Below are positions 51,886 through 62,225 of a stretch of DNA of 64,000 nucleotides, piece by piece. A program made the position numbers and the translations under genes. The stretch is taken from the NCBI GenBank assembly GCA_951406725.2, contig OX597837.1:42222001-42286000 (forward strand). The letters are read 5' to 3'. The stretch's first letter is position 1; the number at the start of each line of letters is the position of its first letter. The notes beneath the pieces are model-generated. The model was not told the origin of the DNA. It made no database searches and saw only the letters and a list, made by a program, of their open reading frames with translations. This stretch comes from Octopus vulgaris (Eukaryota).

Positions 51886-53252
51886 AATAATAATAATGCT
51901 GTTAAATTCTGGCACAAGGGCAGAAATTTGGGGGAGGGGGTAAGTTAATAAATTCACCCCAGTGCTCAACTGGTACTTGTTTTATCAATGAAATGATGAA
52001 AGGTGAAGTAGACCTTGGTGGAAGAGACCAGTTCTTGTCTTTCTATCACACCTGCACATCTCTCAATACCATACACTACACAATTGAAGGAGCCTTGTCG
52101 CATGAATTCTTAGCGAACCAACCGGTGCAGGAGCTACAAAAGGGAAAGCATCCAGTACATGCTGTGCTTGGTGTTACGAAGGGCATCCAGCTATATAAAC
52201 CATGCCAAAGCAGGCATTGAAGGTTGGTACAGCCCTGTGGCACATCAGTTCCTGTTATACCATCTGACCCATACCAGTATGGAAAAAGGGATGACCATGA
52301 TGATAATGAGTCAAGCTTTAATGGAAAAAAAAAGAAAAGAATAAGGAAACAGGACAAAACAATTAACCCAATCTTAAAGGTCACGATGTCTTAGTGCATC
52401 ATTTCTTTTAAATTCTTCACTTTCATAATTCTTTGAAGTTTTTAGGTAAATTTTCATATCTTAGCTGTTCCACTTCTTAATCTTTGCTTTTCCCTTTCCT
52501 TTGGTTAACTCTCTGAACATATCTTTCATTCTGTAGCAGCTATATTGATACTACCTTGTTTATCTGTTAAGGCTTACAGCAAAAGGTCTTTTACATTTGA
52601 GGTTTTCTGCTCCCTGCAATATTTTAGGGCAATGCTTTAATGTATGCACTTTCATCTCCCTTTTACACTGCGTTTGTATGTTGCAAGCAACTAAATATAT
52701 ATTTAACATTTCTGGGAGATGATATAAAACTTGTTGAATGACTGACTATTGACGATGATGATGATGATGATGGCAATGTTGTATAACTGACTTTTGACAA
52801 TCATGATAATTTTATTTGCCAAGAGGGCCTCTGCTGAGGAAGACATTACAAAGATAGTTTACAATGTGTGTGTGCATGTGATGTAGTTACCTGAAAAGCT
52901 GAGGGGAGAAAAAGGAGATGGGGAGAAAAGATAAAAAGTAGGCATAACATATAAAATATGTGAACACATGAATGATTCAGTCTTCCTGATACAGGAGAGC
53001 CTCCAACTAGGGCCAATCAAGAAACCCCCCACAGATCCAAGACCACCCTGGTCACTTAAGAGCATGAACCTTTGCTCAAATGTCCTTCAATCTACAGCAA
53101 TTAGGGCAAGGGCTACTACTACTACTACTACTACTACTTAATAAAAAATAACCCCTTTCAGTTATAGGCACAAGGCCTGAAATTTTGGGGGAGGGACTAG
53201 CTAATTATATTGGTCCCAGTGTTTCACTGGTACTTAATTTATCAAACTTTAA

Positions 53253-53473
53253 CACTTTAGTGTTCGCATTATTCTGCCACAATTAATGCTTCTTCATCCA
53301 CATTGTTTTGAACTAATCATGCATTATCTTGTAGCTATGAGATTTTGATGAGGTAGTTGTTAGTTTTTAAAATGATATTGTAGGGTTGGTGTGAGAGACC
53401 AGATCTGGCCAGTTTGACCATAAAACAGGCAGAATACTTTTGGCCGGATATGGCCGGTTTAAATGCTAAAGGG
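53253..53473. mobile_element. piggyBac-type MITE nested in a family B SINE (53150-53630)
   Basis: TTAA at 53249-53252 and 53474-53477. TIRs CACTTTAGTGTT / AATGCTAAAGGG. The SINE sequence resumes on both sides. Confidence 0.8.
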
Positions 53474-53649
53474 TTAAAGGATAAAAGGCAAAGTCGACCT
53501 TGGCAGAATTTGAACTAAAGGATGAAAGGCAAAATGAACCTTGGCAGAATTTGAACTCAGAACGTAGTGATGGGCGAAATACCGTTAAGCATTTCATCAA
53601 GCGTTATAACGATTCTGCCAGCTTGCCATAATGATAATAATAATAGAAA

Positions 53650-53862
53650 TCCTTTCCCCTATAGGCACAAGACCTGAAATTTGGGTGGGATGGGCCCAGT
53701 CAATTAGATCAACACAGTAGGCAACCAGTACCTAATTTATCGATCAGAAAAAGATGAAAGGCAAAATCGACCTTGGTGTAATTTGAACTCAGAACGTAGC
53801 CATGAGTGAAATACTGCTAAGCATTTTGTCTGCTGCGCAAATGATTTTGCCAGCTCACCATC
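53650..53862 (-). mobile_element. SINE family B, diverged
   Basis: GATGAAAGGCAAAATCGACCTTGG...GCCAGCTCACC. Confidence 0.8.
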
Positions 53863-53912
53863 TTAATAATAATAATAATAATAATAAGAGCACTCAGAGA
53901 GGGCAAACCTCA

Positions 53913-54324
53913 AGATGGGTAAGGGTGATTAGGTGATGGTCTAGGGCTTAGGGGCAGGAGACCCCCAGAACTTGGAAAAAAAAAAAAAAAACTTTGATTG
54001 TCTTGTTGTAGTCAAGGGCTCTTTGTTGATGCCCAACACCACTGGGAGGTGGCCCTCGAAGTCGCTGGAAATGGAGATCTCCAGGTCCAAATTCTTGAAT
54101 GGCTGCTGCAGATGGTTGTTGTTGTTGTTGTAAAGCAACAAGATGGATAAGGGTGATTAGGTGATGGTCTAGGGCATAGGGGCGGGAGACCCCAGACCTT
54201 GGAAAAAAAAACTTCTGTCGTCTTGTTGTAGTCGAGGGCTCTTTGTTGATGCCCGACACCACTGGGAGGTGGCCATCGAAGTTGCTGGAAATGGAGATCT
54301 CCAGGTCTAAATTCTTGAACGGCT
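53913..54324 (+). repeat. Tandem duplication, about 185-bp unit, 228-bp period
   Basis: AGATGG.TAAGGGTGATTAGGTGATGGTCTAGGGC...GGAGATCTCCAGGTC.AAATTCTTGAA.GGCT at 53913 and 54141. Confidence 0.93.
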
Positions 54325-54420
54325 TCCCCAGGTGTTGGAGTTGGTCTCAAAGCTCTTCAGTGAGGCTTTGAGTGTATCCTTGAAGCACTTTACCTGTCCA
54401 CCTTGATGTGGAAGAGTTAC
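54325..54420 (-). mobile_element. RTE ORF2 C-terminal fragment
   Basis: LPHQGGQVKCFKDTLKASLKSFETNSNTW resembles RS.GGQKKRFKDTLK.SLK.F......WE. Confidence 0.72.
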
Positions 54421-56092
54421 GTGTCTGCTTACATTATACAAGATGAGAGAGGAGTGATCGGCATGGAGATGGGAAGAAAAATAAAGATGATGGTGACAAG
54501 GTGTCAAGGTGGGCTCGGGAAGGTGGGTGGTGGCAAAAGAACATGAAGGTAGGGCTGGATGGAGGTCGCAAGAATGTATGGAGGGTGTGAAGAAATGGTA
54601 AGACAGTGGGGTAGGGGTGGGTGTGAGTATGTTTGAAAAATATTTGTTTCTTATTAAATACACAAACACACAATGAAACTTGTTAGATGGAAATGTCTTG
54701 TGAGTTGATAAGATGTAAGATAGATGTCAAAGATAATGATATACAGGATATAGAAACATGAATATGTGCTGCTTTATAAACAGTGTTGGGAATATGTTTA
54801 AACAAACTCAATACAAAGTTCACACACATCTTCATTTCTTAAATGTGTCTTCAATGCCGCAGTTCATAAAACATTAGACTATCTTTAACTTGTAAATGTT
54901 TATAACACCACTGAGAAATAACAGAACTTACAATTGATGTAGCTTTAATTCAATTGAAGGATATATATCTATATTATGAATAAAAACACTTCAGTACTAC
55001 AGAGGAAGAAGAAACAATATACGATGAATAAATATTAAAGTTGCTGCTGATGTGATCATTTAGTCCTCAGATCAGCCCTGATTGAACAGCCAAACCTATG
55101 ACCAAAAACATTCCAGCTGTGGCCATCCAGTCTTTTCTTATTATATTCATGACTACATTATTCGACGTGTCCATTACTTTTAAAGACAGTGAAGTGTGAT
55201 CTAATGGAAGTTTGACTGATGTTTCTGGCAGGTTGTGTGTCCATGTAGAAGCTTCCTTGTTAGCTTGCTCCATCCCCCTCCTCATCCACTTTTCCATGCT
55301 TGCATGGGTCAGTTGGAATTTGTTGAAGCAAATTTTTTTTTCTATAGCCAGATGCCCTTCCTGTTGCCAACCCTCTCCTGTTACCAAGTAAGATAATATT
55401 TCCTTCATAGCTAGACAAGTTTTTGATGGACGACTGGAATGATGATGATAATGTTCATTTACAATCACCACATGATGACCAGACAAGGTTTACACATATA
55501 TACGTATGTATACACACACAAACACACATATATATATACCTCTTAATGTGTTTAAATGTACACTGTATTTTATATGAATAATATATAGTCTATTGACTAA
55601 TTTTTCTATACGCTAAGCCACTAGTAAAAATTTCTAAAATTTTTATTACCTTGATATTATTAATTATATATATATATACACAAATGTATGTGTGTATATA
55701 TAATAAACAACTTAAAAATAATGGTCATTACATATTTTTTCTTTTATTGGAACAAATTTGGCTAGAAATGTCTCTGACGAAAGTAGCATTAATTTTCTTA
55801 GGTCATTGAATTTTCTTCAACTGATCACTAGACCAATTGAGTAAACCTAACAATATTGTTTGTACCTACAATAACTACTGGAAACAACTGTAAGCCAAGT
55901 TTGCTCCAATAAAGAAAAATATTTAACGACTATTTTTTTTAGCTTGTTTCTTATTTATCCCTCTGCGTAAAAACCAGTTTGTTTGAGCAACATCCATGGA
56001 TTTACATATAGACTGGTGACGAACCATAATCTTGGACGCTACCAACAGATTACCTGGAATTCCCTAGTAACTATATCAATTCACAACTGACC

Positions 56093-56221
56093 CACTAGCA
56101 TAGCTAGAGGGGGCAGCACCACTTTTGGGTCTGCTGTAGGCAGTATGTATTGTATGAGGGAGCCCAGAGGCAGCAAACTGAAGAGCCATTCTGGGCAGAA
56201 TATACCCTAGCTAGGCTAGTG
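56093..56221. mobile_element. 129-bp hAT-type MITE
   Basis: TIRs CACTAGCATAGCTAG / CTAGCTAGGCTAGTG. 8-bp flanks AACTGACC and CACTGACC (7/8 match). Confidence 0.8.
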
Positions 56222-56840
56222 CACTGACCATTTTCAACTGACCTTTGCATTCTGAGTTTAAATTCACCTGCAGTTGACCCAGCTTCTCAGCCAACAGTTG
56301 AAGTTACTAAGACAAGCATCAGTCAAATATCAAAGTCTCATCAACTGCATCCCTACTTCATCACTCACTACATCCAGCTCTACCCCAATCTCTAACCATC
56401 TATCATTCTCCTCTCAAATACCCTGTGCCTGGTCCACAGTCTGTATCCTCTTTTAAGCTCACTTTGTATCTTGAGTGTTTGCTTTGGCACCACATCACTA
56501 CTATCTTATCTTCCCAGCTATCCCACCCACCCTTATATAATGCTTGTTTCCCCATCATTCTTTAGCATCTCAACACTGTAAAATCGGTCAGCGTTAGGAA
56601 GGGCATCCAGCCATAGAAACCATGCTATAGAGAACACTGGAACTTGACACAGCCAAGTGGCATGTCATATCCTGTCAAACCATCCAACCCGGACCAACTT
56701 GGAAAACAGACGTCAAATGATAATGATGATGGTGATGATGACGATGACCTATTAGCCATCCAGCCTTAAATAGAAGCCAAACAGTTTTACTTAAGTGGTT
56801 ACAAATCAACTATGCAATGTTGTTGTTGTTGTGACACCTG

Positions 56841-56871
<31 letters not shown>

Positions 56872-57216
56872 TAAATGTGCTTGTATCATACAGACACAAA
56901 TTTGCTAATAGCTTTTCCCTTGGTATTTATAAAACCGAATGTGATCTCCGCCGTTTACATTGATGTATTCTATTTTACCCTTCATTGTGATGTCCTAACG
57001 AGCTCCTTTCTCCGTCCCTTACACTTGGTCGAATTGGACCAATATACTTTACTTCAGATCATGGTGACACGGGGGGGGGGGGGCTGTGTTTCTAGCTGCA
57101 TCTAACAACCATGCTCTTCATGTGATATGTGCCAAAACAAACCAAAACCAACATTGCAATTTCTTACCTTGTCTTTGTTATTAAGCACGGACTGATGCAC
57201 ACATATGTAGATGCAT

Positions 57217-57250
<34 letters not shown>

Positions 57251-58937
57251 TTCTGTAGATGTGTTTTCTTTTCTAATCTCCTTAAAATTCAGTTACAGTT
57301 GACCCTTGCTATAATGGGTCAGAGAAGGTGGTGGGGGTGGCTCGATAATAATGATAGCCGTCCATCATATCTGACAGATGTAATATTAACTGTGAAGATA
57401 TGTAGTGAAATGTAGCATAAAGATGGCAAAAATACAGAATAGAGTATCAAATTATTGTGAACGTCTATGTGCAATAAACTCTGTGTGTGTGTGTGTGTAA
57501 AACGATATACCGTGTACGTGGTGTATATACACCATGAACATTATTAATCAGTGTAAAGTGAGATAAACATACAATATACAGGTAGTTGTAATAAAAATAT
57601 GATACAAGTGAAACAGTCTCAATTGTAATAAGTATAATAAAGAAGATAAACTTGAGCGCTTTCATGTACAGACACAAATAATGGCTCTGATGAGCTGCTT
57701 AGCGGTACTCGTACACAATAATGGCTGCGACTTGATACCCCTCATACCCTGGAGAGATAGCAGAGAGGTTTAATGTAGTCTATTTGCACAAATCTGGATT
57801 ATGTATTTCTCAACATTATCTCTGTTTCATCATCGTTATTATCATCGTTTTAATGTCCACTTTTCCGTGCTTACACAAGTTGGATGGAGTTTTGCTGAAG
57901 GGAACGTTTTACATCTGGATGCTCTTCCTGCTGTCAACCCTCATGTGTTTCCAAGAAAAGTAATATCCCCCTCCCTCCACTATGGCCAAACATGTTTTCA
58001 CAGAATATTGGAAATGAATGGTGATGCTTGTATGACAGTGATAATTATTTACAACTATCACATAATGTATTTCTTTACTACCCACAAGGGGCTAAACATA
58101 GAGGGGACAGACAAAGGGATTAAGTCGATTACATCGACCCTAGTGCAAAACTGGTACTTTAATTAACGACCTCGAAAGGATGAAAGGATGTGCTTTTAAC
58201 GTTCCACTGGCACTCGTGCCAATCAGGCGGTACTGTCATCGGCCACATCAGCGATTTTGATTTCACTTGCCTCAATAGGTCTTTGCAAGCAAAGTTTAAT
58301 GTCCAATGAAAGAAGGATATTCGTAAGTGGGCTGGTTGCACCCAATGGAATAGGCCATGGGCTATGGTTTCACTTGGCTTGTTGGGTCTTCTCAAGCACA
58401 GCATATCTCTAAAGGTCTCAGTCACTAGTCATTGCCTCGGTAAGGCCCAATATATATGTTAGTGACAGAGGCAGTATTAATACCAAGAGAAAATATTTAA
58501 TCCCACTTAAATGTGAATGTTCTGTTAGAAAAACCTTTACTGTAGTAATTACCATAGAGAAAACTCTTATATTGGTTTTTTGGTGCCAAATGCACACATT
58601 ATGTCGCTAGTGGGGCAATAAATACTTGCTACCTTCAGTACCAAGACCACCAGATCATGCAATTTTGACCTTGTTTGGACTTGCCAATGATGATAAGGTT
58701 AATAACATCATATATAAATACATATATATGGTGGGCTTCCACACAGTTTCCGTTTAAAGATATCCAGAAAATTTTCTACTGTAAACTTCCTGTATTAGCT
58801 ATAATTTAAGTGGTAATCCTTTGGTAGCACAAAGGCCACTGAAATGATTGAAATTACATCTGCAAAAGATTAATGAAAACCAAAGTATAGTTTGTTGGTG
58901 ACCAGAATTCTACGATCATATGTATACCACCTTAAGA

Positions 58938-59327
58938 GTGGAGGTGCAATGGCCCAGTGGTTAGGGCAGCGGACTCGCGGTCATAGGATCGCGGTTTCGA
59001 TTCCCAGACCGGGCGTTGTGAGTGTTTATTGAGCGAAAACACCCAAAGCTCCATGAGGCTCCGGCAGGGGATAGTGGTGATCCCTGCTGTACTCTTTCGC
59101 CACAACTGTCTCTCACTCTTACTTCCTGTTTCTGTCGTACCTGTATTTCAAAGGGCCGGCCTTGTCACTCTCTGTGTCACGCTGAATATCCCCGAGAACT
59201 ACGTTAAGGGTACACGTGTCTGTGGAGTGCTCAGCCACTTACACGTTAATTTCACGAGCAGGCTGTTCCATTGATTCGGATCAACCGGAACCCTCGTCGT
59301 CGTAACTGATGGAGTGCTTCCATCATC
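58938..59327 (+). mobile_element. tRNA-derived SINE, head D, full length with 13-bp TSD
   Basis: A-box TGGCCCAGTGG, B-box GGTTTCGATTCC. TACCACCTTAAGA at 58925-58937 and 59328-59340. Confidence 0.93.
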
Positions 59328-60248
59328 TACCACCTTAAGAACTCAACTTTCTATTGATATAGAGTTTTGTTATCCCTGATGTAACAGGGCAGACGGGAGA
59401 AGAGTTTTTAGATAAAGCGACTCCAATTAGAATGAGTATCAGCAGGCACACACAACTTTATTTGGAATTGTACAGTCAGAGAGAGAATTACAATGCAACT
59501 TTTGAAAGTTTGATTAAAACAGTTCTATTCTCTAGCAGTGAGCTGCAGACAATAGCTGTCAGAACAGATAAATGCAGAACATTGCTCGCGTTTATGAGTT
59601 GCACTTTGGAGTTCATGTTGCAGAAAGAGTAAATAATGAACAGTTAATTGTAAGAGTGTGCACACGTCTTCAACTGATAAAATTTCACATTCAAAAAGAT
59701 TAATTTCAACTGGACATATTTTGAGAAAACCAATTATCTCACAGACAACCCTTTTGAATCACAAAAAAAAAAAGAAAAAAAGAAAGAAAATACAATCATG
59801 TTGAGGGAGTTTTGTGAAAGATATATTGATCCAAGGTTAACAAGGGCCAGCATGGCTGCATGGTAAGAAGTTTACTTTCAAAACACATGGTTCTGAGTTC
59901 AGTTCCACTGCATGGCACCTTGGGTTAAGTACCTCCTATTATAGCCCCAGGTCAACACAAATAAATTTGGTATATGGAAACTGAAAGAAACACGTCATAT
60001 GTGTGTGTCTCAGTGCCTAGACATTGTATGGTTGTTGTAAAATGAGTTTCACTCTCATACAAGCAATGCCACTCATTACCATTCATTCTATGAAAACATT
60101 TGAGAGTTCAGTTCTATATTTAAGAGATGAGGAATTATGTACATTATTTACATTATTTGCATTTGATGGATATTTGTCCTCATATGGCGTAGTGGTTAGA
60201 AGCGTGGGCTACTAACCCCAAGATTCCAAGTTCGTTTCCAGGCAGTGA

Positions 60249-60291
<43 letters not shown>

Positions 60292-60292
<1 letters not shown>

Positions 60293-60628
60293 TGAAGGTG
60301 CATGGCTCAGTGGTTAGAGCATTGAACTTATGATCATGAGGATGTGAATTCGAATCCCGGACCGGGCGACGTGTTGTGTTCTTGAGCAAGACACTTTATT
60401 TCCCGTTACTCCACTTCACTCAGCTGTAGAAATGAGTTGCAACATCACTGGTGTCAAGCTGTTTCGGCCTTTGTCTTTCCCTTGGGTAACACTGGTGGCG
60501 TGGAGAGGGGAGGCCGGTATGCATGGGCGACTGATGGTCTTCCATAAACAACCTTGCACAGACTTGTGCCTGGGAGGGTAACTTTCTAGGTGCAATCCCA
60601 CAGTCAGTCATGACCATAGGGGGTCTCA
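60292..60628 (+). mobile_element. tRNA-derived SINE, head E with a third tail type, inserted in (AAT)n
   Basis: GTGAAGGTGCATGGCTCAGTGGTTAGAGC...AATTCGAATCCC...GTGTTCTTGAGCAAGACAC, flanked by AAT repeats on both sides. Confidence 0.85.
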
Positions 60629-60696
60629 GTAATAATAATAATAACAACATCGGAAAATACCTTAGGAATGAGAACCCAGGTTCAAAATTTCCCCAA

Positions 60697-60742
60697 GACA
60701 CCTGATGAAGGCTGGAGGGTGTATCAGCCAAAACATTGTATT
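60697..60742 (+). ncRNA. Degenerate minimal type I hammerhead ribozyme motif
   Basis: GACAC-CTGATGA-A-GGCTG(GAGGGTGTAT)CAGCC-AAA-ACAT-T-GTATT: exact CUGAUGA and 5-bp stem II. The G12 position reads A and the stem III palindrome reads ACAT; both changes fit CpG decay. Confidence 0.6.
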
Positions 60743-61939
60743 AACAACAAACAAGATGAGGACAAATATCCGTCAAATGTAAATAATGTGAGAGTTAGTG
60801 AGAGGAAGGGCATCTGGCCATAAAACATCTCCATCTGATTCGTGCAAGCATGGAAAAGTGTTATGATGATGATGAGAAGGAGGAGGAACTAGATGCAATG
60901 TTGACTTAGTGAAGCTGCTGACTTTACTATGAATAGAGACCAATAGTGAAAGTACATAGTCCAGTATTAAGTACACAACATGCCTTACAGTGTGGACCAC
61001 CCCATTATGGAAATCATAAAAGAATATACTGCTAGGAATATTATCGTTATGGTTTTTCTTACATCATAATAATTTCTAATGAGGAGTTTTACACCAAACA
61101 ATTAACTTTTTCTCTCTCTAATTTTTTTTTAAGCCCTACACAATCTGTTCACGTACGTGATAACAATACCATATTTCTTAGCTTATTCCATGCTTTGGTT
61201 TCCATTATTTATTCCATGTTACTGATGAAACAGTTGGTTTTTTTTTTCCTTCCCATCTCACTTTTATAGCTTAACTAACCATGTTTACTATTTTTTTTTT
61301 TTTTAATTAAACCGTTAAATACTTCCCTCTACAAAGTATTATTTTTTGCACAAGCAATTCTTTAGTTCATCAGCGCCAATTTCGTAGTTTCCTTTTTCAG
61401 AGTCCATCCAATTTCCTTTCATGTACCATTCATTCTTTCCTCCATTCAATCTCATCTCACCATTGCTATAATCTTCTATGCCAACCATAATATACTCACC
61501 ACATTTTTTTTATTTTTTCTGCCTCTTCTATTCAATAATGGAACAGTATTCATTTCCACATAATTCTCATCCATTCACACTTTTTCATTATTATGTAACA
61601 AGCTGTTCTCAATTTTATTTTCTTATATACACCTTGTATATATATACCTGGTGTTTCTGCCTTAATGCGTTGCTGTTCATGTATAATCGTTCATTATTTG
61701 CTTGTCTGCAGAGCATAATATTCTCTTTGAGAATTCCCTTAATGATTCCCTCCAACATCCCTTGATCTGCTTCACTAAATCAGTGAGCCACACAGATCAT
61801 AAATACACTGCTACGAAAACTTTGACCATTTTTTACTGTCACATAATTCCAAACCATGTTGAATCTTCTTTTACATCTTATTTCTTTCCAATCATCAGAT
61901 TGTAGCCATGCTGGGGCACTGCCTTGAAGGGTTTTTTGT

Positions 61940-62225
61940 TTTTTTTACTTGTTTCAGTCATTTTGACTGCGGCCATGCTGGAGCAACTCAACCCCGGGAC
62001 TTATTCTTTGTAAGCCGAGTACTTATTCTATCGGTAAGTTACGGGTGCATAAGCACACCAGAATCGGTTGTCGTATATATACATATACATATATACAATG
62101 GGCTTCTTTCAGTTCCTGTCTACCAAATCCACTCACAAGGCTTTGGTCGGCCCGAGGCTTTAGTAGAAGACACTTGCCCAAGGTGCCACGCAGTGGGACT
62201 GAACCCGGAACCATGTGGTTAGTCA
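61940..62225 (-). mobile_element. SINE family A, internally deleted; further diverged copies at about 62230-62486 and 62680-63060
   Basis: Colinear similarity to 46-461. Confidence 0.85.

Larger units (their letters stand above)
60109..60789 (+). mobile_element. Composite element: inverted arm + tRNA-like head + (AAT)n + hammerhead-like motif, interrupted by a SINE
   Basis: 60150-60183 is the reverse complement (2 mismatches) of 60756-60789. A-box TGGCGTAGTGG and B-box-like GTTCGTTTCC at 60185-60240. Hammerhead-like motif at 60697-60742. Confidence 0.7.

Noticed and set aside
53349-53368. let-7-like TGAGGTAGT start
   Set aside because: Only 9 nt match, lies inside a MITE, and has no precursor hairpin
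57687-57720. CTGATGAG hammerhead core word followed by a small hairpin
   Set aside because: No GAAA after the hairpin and no stem I/III
58400-58450. HDV-like ribozyme in the 5' part of a family C-related element
   Set aside because: A GCC..GGC mini-stem exists on the minus strand, but I could not build P1, P1.1 or P2
58938-59015. tRNA gene (also 47663, 60184, 60292)
   Set aside because: A/B boxes are present but I could not build a full cloverleaf. They continue into repeat bodies, some with TSDs, so they are SINE heads.
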